A stretch of 55,494 nucleotides of DNA from an uncultured Spirochaetaceae bacterium. Lineage in GTDB: Bacteria > Spirochaetota > Spirochaetia > Treponematales > Treponemataceae. The notes under the pieces were generated by a model. The model did not search any database, was not told the origin of the DNA, and saw only the letters and a program-made list of their open reading frames with translations. The stretch lies in the NCBI GenBank assembly GCA_902783245.1, contig CACZQF010000187.1:1-55494 (forward strand), read 5' to 3'. Positions within the stretch are counted from its first letter, which is position 1. Each line of letters starts with the position of its first letter. Both the position numbers and the translations under genes were made by a program. Shown here one piece after another: positions 1-9,071 of the stretch.

Positions 1-102
1 ACCGTTTATTATGTTGTGGGCGAAAATGACTTTGCGGCCGGCTATAATGGTTCAGAACTGACCGAAGAAGCAAAGAAGAAGTGGACTGCCAGTCTGCTTT
101 AG
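1..102 (+). CDS. 3' end of an upstream gene (partial, product unknown)
   Basis: Frame 1 is open from base 1 (TVYYVVGENDFAAGYNGSELTEEAKKKWTASLL) to TAG at 100-102. Confidence 0.55.
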   Translation, partial: TVYYVVGENDFAAGYNGSELTEEAKKKWTASLL

Positions 103-152
103 CCTTTATCGGAAGACAAGCTTATAAACCGCCGGATATTGGTCCCGGGTGC

Positions 153-187
153 ATAAAGGGCACATCGAATTTCGAGGTGCCCTTTAT
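153..187. repeat. 17-bp inverted repeat (REP/MITE-like; probably also a terminator)
   Basis: ATAAAGGGCACATCGAA-T-TTCGAGGTGCCCTTTAT, one mismatch; the arm is shared with the element at 14134. Confidence 0.75.
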
Positions 188-284
188 TGATTTCCATGGC
201 TGATATGCGTACTCCCTAGTATTTTTTTAGAATATATGGCATACTGTACTGCAATAAACTTATGTATCATTAAGAGGGATTACT

Positions 285-3200
285 TTGTATAAGCCTGTTG
301 ATCCTAAAGCTGACTTCCCGAAGCAGGAAGAAGCTGTTTTACAATTCTGGGAAAAAAACAATACGTTCAAGAAATCACTTTCCCAGCGCGAAGGCGCGGA
401 AGAGTATGTGTTTTATGACGGCCCGCCTTTTGCCACCGGTCTGCCTCATTTCGGTCATTTTATTCCGTCCACGATAAAAGATATTATTCCCCGCTATCAG
501 ACGATGAAGGGCAAGAAGGTTGAGCGCCGCTTCGGCTGGGACTGCCACGGCCTGCCCGTTGAGAATCTGATCGAAAAAGAGCTCGGAATCAATTCTAAAC
601 ATGAGATTGAGTCCTACGGCGTAGCCGGCTTTAACGACAAGTGCCGCGACTCTGTGCTCCGCTATACTGCTGAATGGCGCAAAACCATTACGCGTATGGG
701 ACGGTGGGTTGATTTTGACAACGACTATAAGACGATGGAGCCTTCCTACATGGAATCCATCTGGTGGGTGGTCAAGGCGCTGTGGGATAAAGGCCTTATC
801 TATGAAGGTAAGTATATCCTGCCGTACTGCCCCCGCTGTTCGACGGTACTGTCTACGCACGAGCTTGCGCAGGGCTATAAGGAAAAGAATGACCCTGCCA
901 TCACCATCCGGTTCAAGGTGACCCGCGCTCCTGCAGCGATCGATGATCCTGACATGACCAACGGCAGAACGTTCTTCCTGGCATGGACCACCACGCCGTG
1001 GACGCTGCCTTCTAACGAAGGTCTGTGTATGGGTCCTGACATTGACTATGTGAAGGTCATTGACAATGCCTCCGGCGATGCGTACATTCTGGCGCAGTCC
1101 CGGCTTGCCGCATATTACAAGGACGAAAAAGAATATACGATCGTGTATACCCGTAAGGGTGCTGATTTTATCGGCGCCAAGTATGAGCCGCTGTTCCCGT
1201 ATTTTGCGGATCTTGCCGTGCTTGAGGACGGCTCTGACGGCGCGTTCCGTATGTTCAATGCGGACTATGTTTCGACCGAAGCCGGTACGGGTATTGTTCA
1301 TATTGCCCCGTCATTCGGTGAGGACGACTCCAAGGTGTTCAAGGGCACCGGAATCCCGCAGGTTGAGCCGATTGACGCTGAGTGCCGCTTTACCAAGGAA
1401 GTGTCTGACTATGCAGGCCGGTTTGTAAAGGACTGCGACAAGGATATTATGGACCGCCTTAAGAAAGAGGGCAAGCTGATCAGACGCGACCAGATCAAGC
1501 ACCAGTATCCGCACTGCTGGCGGTGCGGTTCTCCGCTTATCTACCGCGGCATCGGTTCATGGTTTGTAAAGGTTGCCGACGCGCACGAGCGTCTGCTGCG
1601 CGCGAACAGTCAGATTAAGTGGCAGCCTGCTCATATTAAGGACGGCCGCTTCGGAAAATGGCTTGCCGGCTCACGTGACTGGGCCATCAGCCGCAACCGC
1701 TACTGGGGTAATCCGATCCCGATCTGGAAGTGCCCGGACTGCGGCGATACGCTGTGCGTGGGTTCCCGTGAGGAGCTTAAAGAAAAGAGCGGCGTGTATC
1801 CCGATGATCTGCACAAGCAGTATGTGGATGCCATTACCATTCCGTGTAAAAAATGCGGCGGCACTATGCGCCGTATTCCTGAGGTTCTTGACTGCTGGTT
1901 TGAGTCAGGCTCCATGCCGTACGCGCAGAACCACTATCCGTTCGAGAATAAGGAATACTTTGAGCAGCATTTCCCTGCGGACTTTATTTCTGAGGGGCTT
2001 GACCAGACGCGCGGATGGTTCTACACCCTGACGGTGCTTGCGGCCCATCTGTTTGACAAGCCTGCGTTCAAGAACTGTATTGTCAGCGGCCTGGTGCTTG
2101 CTTCCGACGGACGCAAAATGTCCAAGAGCCTGCGCAACTATACTGATCCGGTGGATGCGATCAATAAATTCGGCGCGGACGCCATCCGTCTGTTCCTCAT
2201 GCATTCGTCAGTGGTTAAGGCCGATGACCTGCGCTACAGTGACGAGGGTGTTGCGGACGTGCTCAAGAGCATACTGATTCCGCTGTGGAACAGCTACAGC
2301 TTCTACGTTACGTATGCGAACATCGATCAGGCGGCTCCTACTGGCCATGAGTTTGATTCCAAGCTGCCGGAGAATCCGCTTGACCGCTGGATCCTTTCTG
2401 TGACTCAGAAGCTGGTTAAGGACGTGACTGCTGCGCTTGACGACTATGATCTGTCCGGCGCCATTGACCCGGTGGTTGGTTATATCGATGCCATGAACAA
2501 CTGGTATATCCGCCGTTCAAGAAGACGGTTCTGGAAGAGCGAGAATGATACGGATAAAGCCGAGGCATATGCCGCACTGTACATTGCGCTCAAAACCTTT
2601 ATTCAGGTTGCCGCTCCGTTTGTGCCGTTCATCACTGAGTCCATGTGGCAGAACCTGAAGAGCGCGGATGACAAAGAGTCCGTGCATCTGAATGATTATC
2701 CGGTATATAATGCCGCATGGCGCGATGAGGCCCTTGAGTTTAAGATGACTACGGTGCAGACCGCGGTTTCTATGGGCCGTTCGCTGCGCAATGAGTACAA
2801 TATTAAGAACCGCCAGCCGCTTGCGGCCGTAGCGTTTGTTACGCGTAACCCCGAGGAGCGCAAGGTTCTTGCCGAGATGGAGGATTCTATCAAGGAAGAG
2901 CTGAACGTCAAGCAGGTGGTGTTCCACGAGCGCGAGGATGAGCTGGTGGAATATAAGGCGAAGGCTAACTTCCGCGTGCTGGGCAAGGAGCTCGGCCCGC
3001 TTATGAAGGAGGCATCCGCCAAGATCAGCAGCCTCGATCAGGATGCGATCATGTCACTGCTTGAAGGCTCCCGCCTGACGATCGGCGTGGGCGGCAAGGA
3101 TATTGATCTGACGCTTGATAAGATTCTCATTGACCGCATTGAAAAGGAAAATCTGAAGGTAGTGAATGAGGGTACGCTGACGGTCGGTCTTGATACGAAG

Positions 3201-3470
3201 ATTTCCGATGAGCTTAAGAAAGAAGGATACGCACGCGATCTGGTGCGCGGCATCCAGAACCTGCGTAAGGAATCCGGTCTTGATGTGACCGACCGTATCA
3301 AACTGAGCGTAAGCGGCGATGCTGAGCTCAAGGAGGCGTTCACCATGTTCACCGGCTTTATCGGCAACGAGACGCTTGCGGTGGAAAGTATGTGGAAGGA
3401 TGCGCTTCCGTCGGGCACACAGATTGTGTCCGAAGATAAAACATGGAGTGTCTGTATTGAAAAGGCGTAA
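285..3470 (+). CDS. ileS: Isoleucine--tRNA ligase, type 2 (IleRS2)
   Basis: DGPPFATGLPHFGH (HIGH), WTTTPWTLP editing motif, DWAISRNRYWG, EGLDQTRGWF, KMSKS; TTG start with GAGG upstream. Confidence 0.97.
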   Translation: MYKPVDPKADFPKQEEAVLQFWEKNNTFKKSLSQREGAEEYVFYDGPPFATGLPHFGHFIPSTIKDIIPRYQTMKGKKVERRFGWDCHGLPVENLIEKELGINSKHEIESYGVAGFNDKCRDSVLRYTAEWRKTITRMGRWVDFDNDYKTMEPSYMESIWWVVKALWDKGLIYEGKYILPYCPRCSTVLSTHELAQGYKEKNDPAITIRFKVTRAPAAIDDPDMTNGRTFFLAWTTTPWTLPSNEGLCMGPDIDYVKVIDNASGDAYILAQSRLAAYYKDEKEYTIVYTRKGADFIGAKYEPLFPYFADLAVLEDGSDGAFRMFNADYVSTEAGTGIVHIAPSFGEDDSKVFKGTGIPQVEPIDAECRFTKEVSDYAGRFVKDCDKDIMDRLKKEGKLIRRDQIKHQYPHCWRCGSPLIYRGIGSWFVKVADAHERLLRANSQIKWQPAHIKDGRFGKWLAGSRDWAISRNRYWGNPIPIWKCPDCGDTLCVGSREELKEKSGVYPDDLHKQYVDAITIPCKKCGGTMRRIPEVLDCWFESGSMPYAQNHYPFENKEYFEQHFPADFISEGLDQTRGWFYTLTVLAAHLFDKPAFKNCIVSGLVLASDGRKMSKSLRNYTDPVDAINKFGADAIRLFLMHSSVVKADDLRYSDEGVADVLKSILIPLWNSYSFYVTYANIDQAAPTGHEFDSKLPENPLDRWILSVTQKLVKDVTAALDDYDLSGAIDPVVGYIDAMNNWYIRRSRRRFWKSENDTDKAEAYAALYIALKTFIQVAAPFVPFITESMWQNLKSADDKESVHLNDYPVYNAAWRDEALEFKMTTVQTAVSMGRSLRNEYNIKNRQPLAAVAFVTRNPEERKVLAEMEDSIKEELNVKQVVFHEREDELVEYKAKANFRVLGKELGPLMKEASAKISSLDQDAIMSLLEGSRLTIGVGGKDIDLTLDKILIDRIEKENLKVVNEGTLTVGLDTKISDELKKEGYARDLVRGIQNLRKESGLDVTDRIKLSVSGDAELKEAFTMFTGFIGNETLAVESMWKDALPSGTQIVSEDKTWSVCIEKA

Positions 3471-4404
3471 TATAATTTTTACGCTGCTTGCAGCTGCCGG
3501 CGCGGTGCTTTTTGTGCTGCCGCTGGCCGGCTGTAAGTCAACAAAGGCTATTTCTGACGAGATTTCGGCCGAAAAGGTTGAGGTCATTCCGAAAGTTGAT
3601 CCGCTTGCAGTACTTGACGGTGATTCCGCCGTTTATTTCAGGGTTCCCGTGGCGGATCATAAGCCTTTCGTTAAATCGCTGCTGCTGTCGAATATTGACG
3701 GCATGGCCGATGCTGATGCGGAAACGATTGTAAACCATCTGGATATGATCTGTCTGGGTGTGGGAACCAAGGAGAATCCCAAGCGGCTGCAGCTTGCTGC
3801 TTCGGGCTCTATTCCGCGCATAGCGGTGAAGACCGCGCTGAGCGAAAAGAAAGGCTGGACAAAGTTCACCGATCCGGTGACCTATTATACTCATCCCGGT
3901 ACAAAATATCAGCTTGCAGTGCCCACGACGGCCAATGTGTTTTTGGCCGATGATGCATCTCCGCTAGTGGAAAACTATAAGACGGTGCTCGGCTCCGACA
4001 CGGAGTCCGTGATCACCGCGCAGACGGATGGCTGGAACGATGAGGTCTATGAATGGATGACCGCTCCGGGGTCTGCCATGAGGTTCTGCGTGCTCAGGCC
4101 GCAGGCGTTTTTGGCGCGGCTGCTCGGCGTGGACATGCGCTTTGCGCTTGAATTCGCGTCAGGCGAGCTTACGGCGGTGAAGCAGGATGATACTGCTGCC
4201 GGCGGTGTTCCCGGTGACGCAGGCTACGAGCTTTCCATGAAGCTGGTGTTCCAGAAAGCAAGGGTGGTTCGTGCCGCGCTTGCGGTGCTTTCGCTTGCCT
4301 TCGGTGACCGTATGCAGGCAACGGCCGAAAACGGTTCGAACGTGCTGCAGGTTTCCGGCATTCATGTAAGTAATGTAACAGTTTTGGATCTGCTGGTCGA
4401 ATGA
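3457..4404 (+). CDS. Putative lipoprotein, function unknown
   Basis: Restarted at TTG 3457 (GGAG at 3445-3448): basic N-terminus, hydrophobic stretch and lipobox LAG-C; overlaps the ileS stop. Confidence 0.7.
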   Translation: MKRRNIIFTLLAAAGAVLFVLPLAGCKSTKAISDEISAEKVEVIPKVDPLAVLDGDSAVYFRVPVADHKPFVKSLLLSNIDGMADADAETIVNHLDMICLGVGTKENPKRLQLAASGSIPRIAVKTALSEKKGWTKFTDPVTYYTHPGTKYQLAVPTTANVFLADDASPLVENYKTVLGSDTESVITAQTDGWNDEVYEWMTAPGSAMRFCVLRPQAFLARLLGVDMRFALEFASGELTAVKQDDTAAGGVPGDAGYELSMKLVFQKARVVRAALAVLSLAFGDRMQATAENGSNVLQVSGIHVSNVTVLDLLVE

Positions 4405-4436
4405 CCTGTAAATCCCGTACGAATAGAAGAGGTTAA

Positions 4437-5480
4437 ATGAGTATGGCTGATGACAAAATTATCTTAAAGGCTGAAGATTTGGATGGCTACCTTACCCGGC
4501 AGGATAAGGCAGATTTAGAGCGTCTTGGTGCAATGTACAACGAGGCGGAAAAGTCATTTGATCCCTTGGACGAAAAGAAAGTTATCGCACACTTTGACAA
4601 AATGGGGCATGTGATGCAGGAGATATGCGCGTCGCATCCGCAGATTCAGGTCTATTCATTCGTGACGGAGGAAGGCGCCCATGCGGAGGCGTCACGCGTT
4701 ATTTCAAAGCTGCGCGATGTGAATACAAGCCATCAGGAATTCATTTATTATTCTCAGCGTGCCTATGAAATGCTGTTCCGCATGGCTTATACGGACCAGC
4801 ATTCTGATAAAAAGAACTATATTACGGTAAAGACGCCGGTGACGGTACCCGTTCAGAATTACGCCGTCCATAAGATCCCCGATATTGACAGCAAGATTGA
4901 AAACTCCGTTATGTGCGTTATGCTGCGCGGTGCGCTGCTTCCGAGCATGATTATGTCAAAAGAGATCGAAGAATATTCTTCCCACAGCTATGTGACGCCC
5001 TTCGCGCTGTTCAAGATCAACCGTGATGATTCTAAGAAAGAATCTGATATGGAGTATATCCTGAACCTGAAGAATTCGTTCTTTAATCTTGAGGAACTTG
5101 ACGGAAAGGATTTGATTTTTGCTGATCCTATGAATGCTACCGGCGGCTCCTTGGTGACTGTCGTGAAGTATCTGCAGGCTCAGGGTGTTAAACCCCATTC
5201 CATTAAGTTCTTCAATGTTATTTCTGCGCTGAAAGGCAGCATTCGTGTGACTCGTGCGCTTGAGAACTGTACATGCTATACGCTGTGGCTTGATCCGGCG
5301 CTGAATAACTCCGCGTATATTCTGCCCGGTCTTGGTGATGCGGGCGACCGTATCAACGGCAGGGACTCAAAGGAAAAACCGCGCAATATTATCCAGCTGC
5401 TTGCGGATTACGGCAGCAATATTGCCGGTCTGTACCGCTCTCAGATGGCTATTATAGAGCAGACGGTGCTTGGAAAATAA
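4437..5480 (+). CDS. upp: Uracil phosphoribosyltransferase-like protein with N-terminal extension
   Basis: PRPP-binding motif [25 protein letters not shown]-terminal signature, MLRGA motif. Confidence 0.8.
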   Translation: MSMADDKIILKAEDLDGYLTRQDKADLERLGAMYNEAEKSFDPLDEKKVIAHFDKMGHVMQEICASHPQIQVYSFVTEEGAHAEASRVISKLRDVNTSHQEFIYYSQRAYEMLFRMAYTDQHSDKKNYITVKTPVTVPVQNYAVHKIPDIDSKIENSVMCVMLRGALLPSMIMSKEIEEYSSHSYVTPFALFKINRDDSKKESDMEYILNLKNSFFNLEELDGKDLIFADPMNATGGSLVTVVKYLQAQGVKPHSIKFFNVISALKGSIRVTRALENCTCYTLWLDPALNNSAYILPGLGDAGDRINGRDSKEKPRNIIQLLADYGSNIAGLYRSQMAIIEQTVLGK

Positions 5481-6161
5481 ATGATCCGGACTCGTGTATT
5501 GCGCGGTGCAGCTGCCGCCGCCGCGGCCGTCAGCCTGATGATCGCTTCCTGCCGTTCAAATGAGCTGGAGATTCCGGTTCCCGGCGAAGTGAGCATTCAG
5601 GTGTCGAATATTTCTAAGGAATACTATGCGATTGCAGAAGCATATTTTGACCTTAAGAAGTATGAGAAGGCTGCGGAAAACTATAAGCTTGCAATGCGCG
5701 ATAAGTCCTTGCGCACTGCGGCTTACTATAAGGCCGGCAGATGCTATGCCATGGCGGGGCAGTGGGATAAAGCTGAGCAGATCTTCCGTGTGCTGCTTAA
5801 GCATGACCATGATAATGCCACGCTTACGGCTTCGATCGCATATGTTACGGCGATGAAAGGCGACCTGAAAACTGCCGCCGCCATGTACCGCACGCTTATA
5901 GAGCGTCAGCCGGACAATGCTTCATATCTTAAAAACTATATTTCGATTTTATTTGAGGATGGAAAGCTTGAGCAGACAAAGGTGTATCTTGCCATTCTTA
6001 AAGAAACCTTCCCTGATGATGCTGATATAGAGACGTTCGAGCAGAAGCTGAAGGAAAAAACTGCGGCAGGAACCAGCACTGATGCTGACGGTACCGATGC
6101 GGTGCTTTCTGATGCAGCGCATGCTGACGCGGCGCAGCCTGAGCCCGGGGCTCTTCCATAA
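5481..6161 (+). CDS. TPR-repeat lipoprotein
   Basis: Lipobox IAS-C; TPR-like helices (YYAIAEAYFDLKKYEKAAENY, AYYKAGRCYAMAGQWDKAEQIF). Confidence 0.75.
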   Translation: MIRTRVLRGAAAAAAAVSLMIASCRSNELEIPVPGEVSIQVSNISKEYYAIAEAYFDLKKYEKAAENYKLAMRDKSLRTAAYYKAGRCYAMAGQWDKAEQIFRVLLKHDHDNATLTASIAYVTAMKGDLKTAAAMYRTLIERQPDNASYLKNYISILFEDGKLEQTKVYLAILKETFPDDADIETFEQKLKEKTAAGTSTDADGTDAVLSDAAHADAAQPEPGALP

Positions 6162-6192
6162 AAAATACCCCCGTCGTATGCCGGGGGCTTAT
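6161..6192. terminator. Probable terminator hairpin between convergent genes
   Basis: A-tract followed by CCCCCG-N8-CGGGGG. Confidence 0.45.
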
Positions 6193-6210
6193 GATACAGT
6201 TTTTCAGTTA

Positions 6211-7566
6211 CTATTGAGCCGTGTGCGCGGCCGCCGTTTCTGCCAGATACTGGCGATATTTATCAGGGTTCACACGGAACGCGATGATCGGTGCATCCGG
6301 ATCCTCTCCGGCATGCTTTGCCGCTTCAACTGCTTCGTTCAAAAGCCGGTCGGCGGAGATAATTCTGAGCGAGCGGGCTGAGATACCCACGGTACAGACG
6401 GCATCGCTCTGCGCGTTCTTTAATGCTGCACTGATTTCGCTGTGGAACTTCTGCGCCCGTAGAATGGCGGGGTCAAGCGCCTCGTTGATCTTAATGGCGG
6501 CAAAGCTGTCTTCTTTGTATTCAAAGAGCATGTCGGGGAATACGAATTCGTCAAGCAGGATTTTGCAGACTTCTTTTGTACACGGATTGTCGCGTGAGAG
6601 TCCGGGAATAGTAATGATGAACAGCGACAGATCCTGCTCTGAGGAGGCTGCACGCACAAGCTCGCTTGCCAGACGGGGCTTAAGGTATGATTCCCATCCG
6701 AACCCGGTGGCGGGCGAGAACAGGCCGGCCGGCGCATCGGTTCCGTCAGCAGCTGCAGGTACAGAATCTGCAGGTTCTGCCGACTCTGTAGGCTCTGCCG
6801 GCGCGGCGGCGCTTACAGGGTCTGCCGCAGGTACTGCAGCGCCAGTAATGGATTTCGGCTCCGCAACTGCGGCAGTTGCAGCTGCGACTGCCGCTGACGT
6901 TGCTGCGGCAGCGGCTGCTGCCTGTGCCAGAGGCGTTGATTCAACGGCAGGCTCCGCTGCAGTCTGAACTGCTGCGGGCTCAGTTTCTGCCGGAGCGGCG
7001 GGAATATCATCAATACCGGTGCCTGCGTCTGGCGCGGCACGCTGTACATTGCGCGGCAACGCATACTCGGTCGGCTCGGTCAGGTAGACATACAGCAGCA
7101 GGAATGCTGCGAGCAGTGTACCTGCAAGCGTCAGGAAAAAGGCAACGCGCACGCGTTTATAAATGTCCGCAGGATTTATCATGTAGACTTTCATTGAAAG
7201 CCGTACAGAACCGGTGGCATGCGATATATCAACTGAATACGGATGGATGAGCGGCGAGGTGCCGTCAGAATCGGAGACAGATGCCGGATACTGATAGATG
7301 GTCTGGCCGGCGGTTTCCAGCGTCAGTGATTTTATGTCTCTTGGAAGAATGTAGCGGCTCTGCACCGCATCAAAGAATTTCTGTGAACCGGCAGGTGCCG
7401 TTGAAAGAATATCGGACGTTATGTCCTTAAAACGCTCTTCTATGTCCTCGGCATGCTTTGGCCCACGCTGATAGTCAATGGCAATCTCTGCGGTCAGCAC
7501 CAGTATGATTACGGCAAAAAAAGCACCGATTCCTGCTGCAATAACATTTATATTCCTTTTCGTCAT
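6211..7566 (-). CDS. Membrane protein with Ala/Pro linker and degenerate GGDEF-like domain
   Basis: Two TM segments around a periplasmic region; C-terminal domain SPATGFG...ELVRA...YKEDSF (in place of YGGDEF)...TVGIS...ADRLLNEA. Confidence 0.65.
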   Translation of the reverse strand: MTKRNINVIAAGIGAFFAVIILVLTAEIAIDYQRGPKHAEDIEERFKDITSDILSTAPAGSQKFFDAVQSRYILPRDIKSLTLETAGQTIYQYPASVSDSDGTSPLIHPYSVDISHATGSVRLSMKVYMINPADIYKRVRVAFFLTLAGTLLAAFLLLYVYLTEPTEYALPRNVQRAAPDAGTGIDDIPAAPAETEPAAVQTAAEPAVESTPLAQAAAAAAATSAAVAAATAAVAEPKSITGAAVPAADPVSAAAPAEPTESAEPADSVPAAADGTDAPAGLFSPATGFGWESYLKPRLASELVRAASSEQDLSLFIITIPGLSRDNPCTKEVCKILLDEFVFPDMLFEYKEDSFAAIKINEALDPAILRAQKFHSEISAALKNAQSDAVCTVGISARSLRIISADRLLNEAVEAAKHAGEDPDAPIIAFRVNPDKYRQYLAETAAAHTAQ

Positions 7567-9071
7567 AATAACTTAGTATACCGCATAGTATGGGAGTATG
7601 CAAGTTTAAGAAGCTCTGAAAAAGATGCTCTTTTGGCGGCGTCCGCGCTTGCGGACGCGTCTGCCTTGCGGCGCAGATAGGAGATGTAGGGCAGCATGGC
7701 CGGTACGGCCGCGCCCGCAGGCTCGCCTGCGCACATGGCGACTGTGCTGTCTGCGGCAAGCTGCTTTGTAAACCGTGCAAAATCAAAGGTGCACGGCGTC
7801 TGCGCTGCGGCTGGCACTGGCATGCTGCCGGACTGCCGTTTCCATGAGTTAAGCGCTGCTTCGTATGACTGCAGCAGCACGGTTGTCTGTGCGTCCGGAA
7901 AACGGGTGCTCGGAACAAGCGGCGTGCGGTACATGAGGCGGCAGAACTGCTGTTCTGTGCTGTTCGTCCGGTCGGCGGCCGTACCGTACAGAATGTCCAG
8001 ATAGGAGCCTTTCGCATAGGGCTTGTGCATGGGATATGAAAAATCGGCGCCGAGGAACTCAATAGACGTAAAGCCGAGCTGTCTGGCAAAATCGGCCGCC
8101 GCTATGGTCACGGTGCCTGAGCCGGCCTGCAGCCGGATCAGAGGAAAGCCTGTGCACGCTGCTGCATACTCGGTGAGCGGATGGCCCGTACTGATAAGCA
8201 TCACGGGGCATGCCGCCTGCATGCAGTGACGTACGGATGCTGGCGGTGAGGTCATGTCGAAGACGAACAGCGTGCCGGCGTCCGGCCTGCCTATAAAATG
8301 GGTATGGGATATCATCTGTCCGTCTATGGAGAGCACTGCATCTGGGGTGATGTGATGGCGGCGCAGGATACCGTATGCGGTGTCCGTGGCGAAAATGCAG
8401 CGTTCCTCACGGTTTTTGCACAGGGCGTCTATACCGGTGTCTACGGTGGGGCCTGCCGCTACGACGACGGCGGTACAGCTGCGGCGTGCTTTTTCTATGA
8501 GCGGAATCATTGCATCGTTGTGTAGCGGGAAACGGGATGCGTTCTTTAAATTCTGAATGATGTTTTTTTGCCAGATGCCGCCGAAATGGCTTTGTACGGA
8601 GTAATCCGCCGAAATCTGGGCAAGCTGGCGCTTTAGTTCCTGCTGGAACTGAACGGCGCATGACTGGTTTTCGGTATACCATGCAGGATGGGTGATAATC
8701 TGAAGGTTGCCGTACAGCGCAGGTATATACAGCTGCTTGAACTGCGCAAGAAAAGCTTCCGCCGCATGGAGCTGTATGCGGCTGTCGTACCGGAGCTCTG
8801 CCGCCTGCGGAATCTGCATAAGAAATGATACATCCTCATCTGATGCTTCGATAACATGAATGACGGCGTCAGGGCAGCTGCTGCGCAGAGCACGGATATG
8901 ATATCCGCCGCCGAGACCGAGCACGATGATGAATGATGCTGAGCATGCCGCGGTTTTTGCGAATGATTCTGCCTCATGCTCCGGATTGTACTTAGAGTGC
9001 ATGGTACGGCCGCTCATGAAAACCGGTACGGGCGAGCCGTTCTTTGCGTTTATGATTGATTGATATATCAT
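7563..9071 (-). CDS. Maf/DUF115 family protein (motility-associated factor, putative flagellin glycosyltransferase)
   Basis: HSKYNPEHEA, LGLGGGYH, VVAAGPTV, ATDTA, PDAVLSID, GSGTV, LGADF. Confidence 0.75.
   Translation of the reverse strand: MIYQSIINAKNGSPVPVFMSGRTMHSKYNPEHEAESFAKTAACSASFIIVLGLGGGYHIRALRSSCPDAVIHVIEASDEDVSFLMQIPQAAELRYDSRIQLHAAEAFLAQFKQLYIPALYGNLQIITHPAWYTENQSCAVQFQQELKRQLAQISADYSVQSHFGGIWQKNIIQNLKNASRFPLHNDAMIPLIEKARRSCTAVVVAAGPTVDTGIDALCKNREERCIFATDTAYGILRRHHITPDAVLSIDGQMISHTHFIGRPDAGTLFVFDMTSPPASVRHCMQAACPVMLISTGHPLTEYAAACTGFPLIRLQAGSGTVTIAAADFARQLGFTSIEFLGADFSYPMHKPYAKGSYLDILYGTAADRTNSTEQQFCRLMYRTPLVPSTRFPDAQTTVLLQSYEAALNSWKRQSGSMPVPAAAQTPCTFDFARFTKQLAADSTVAMCAGEPAGAAVPAMLPYISYLRRKADASASADAAKRASFSELLKLAYSHTMRYTKLL

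Noticed and set aside
103-284. Possible T-box leader of ileS
   Set aside because: No T-box consensus seen, the space is too short, and the hairpin belongs to the dispersed repeat family
375-3587. Several long antisense ORFs over ileS
   Set aside because: Expected from the codon bias of the sense gene
6221-6967. 248-aa plus-strand ORF
   Set aside because: Antisense to the GGDEF-like gene and its Ala-rich linker
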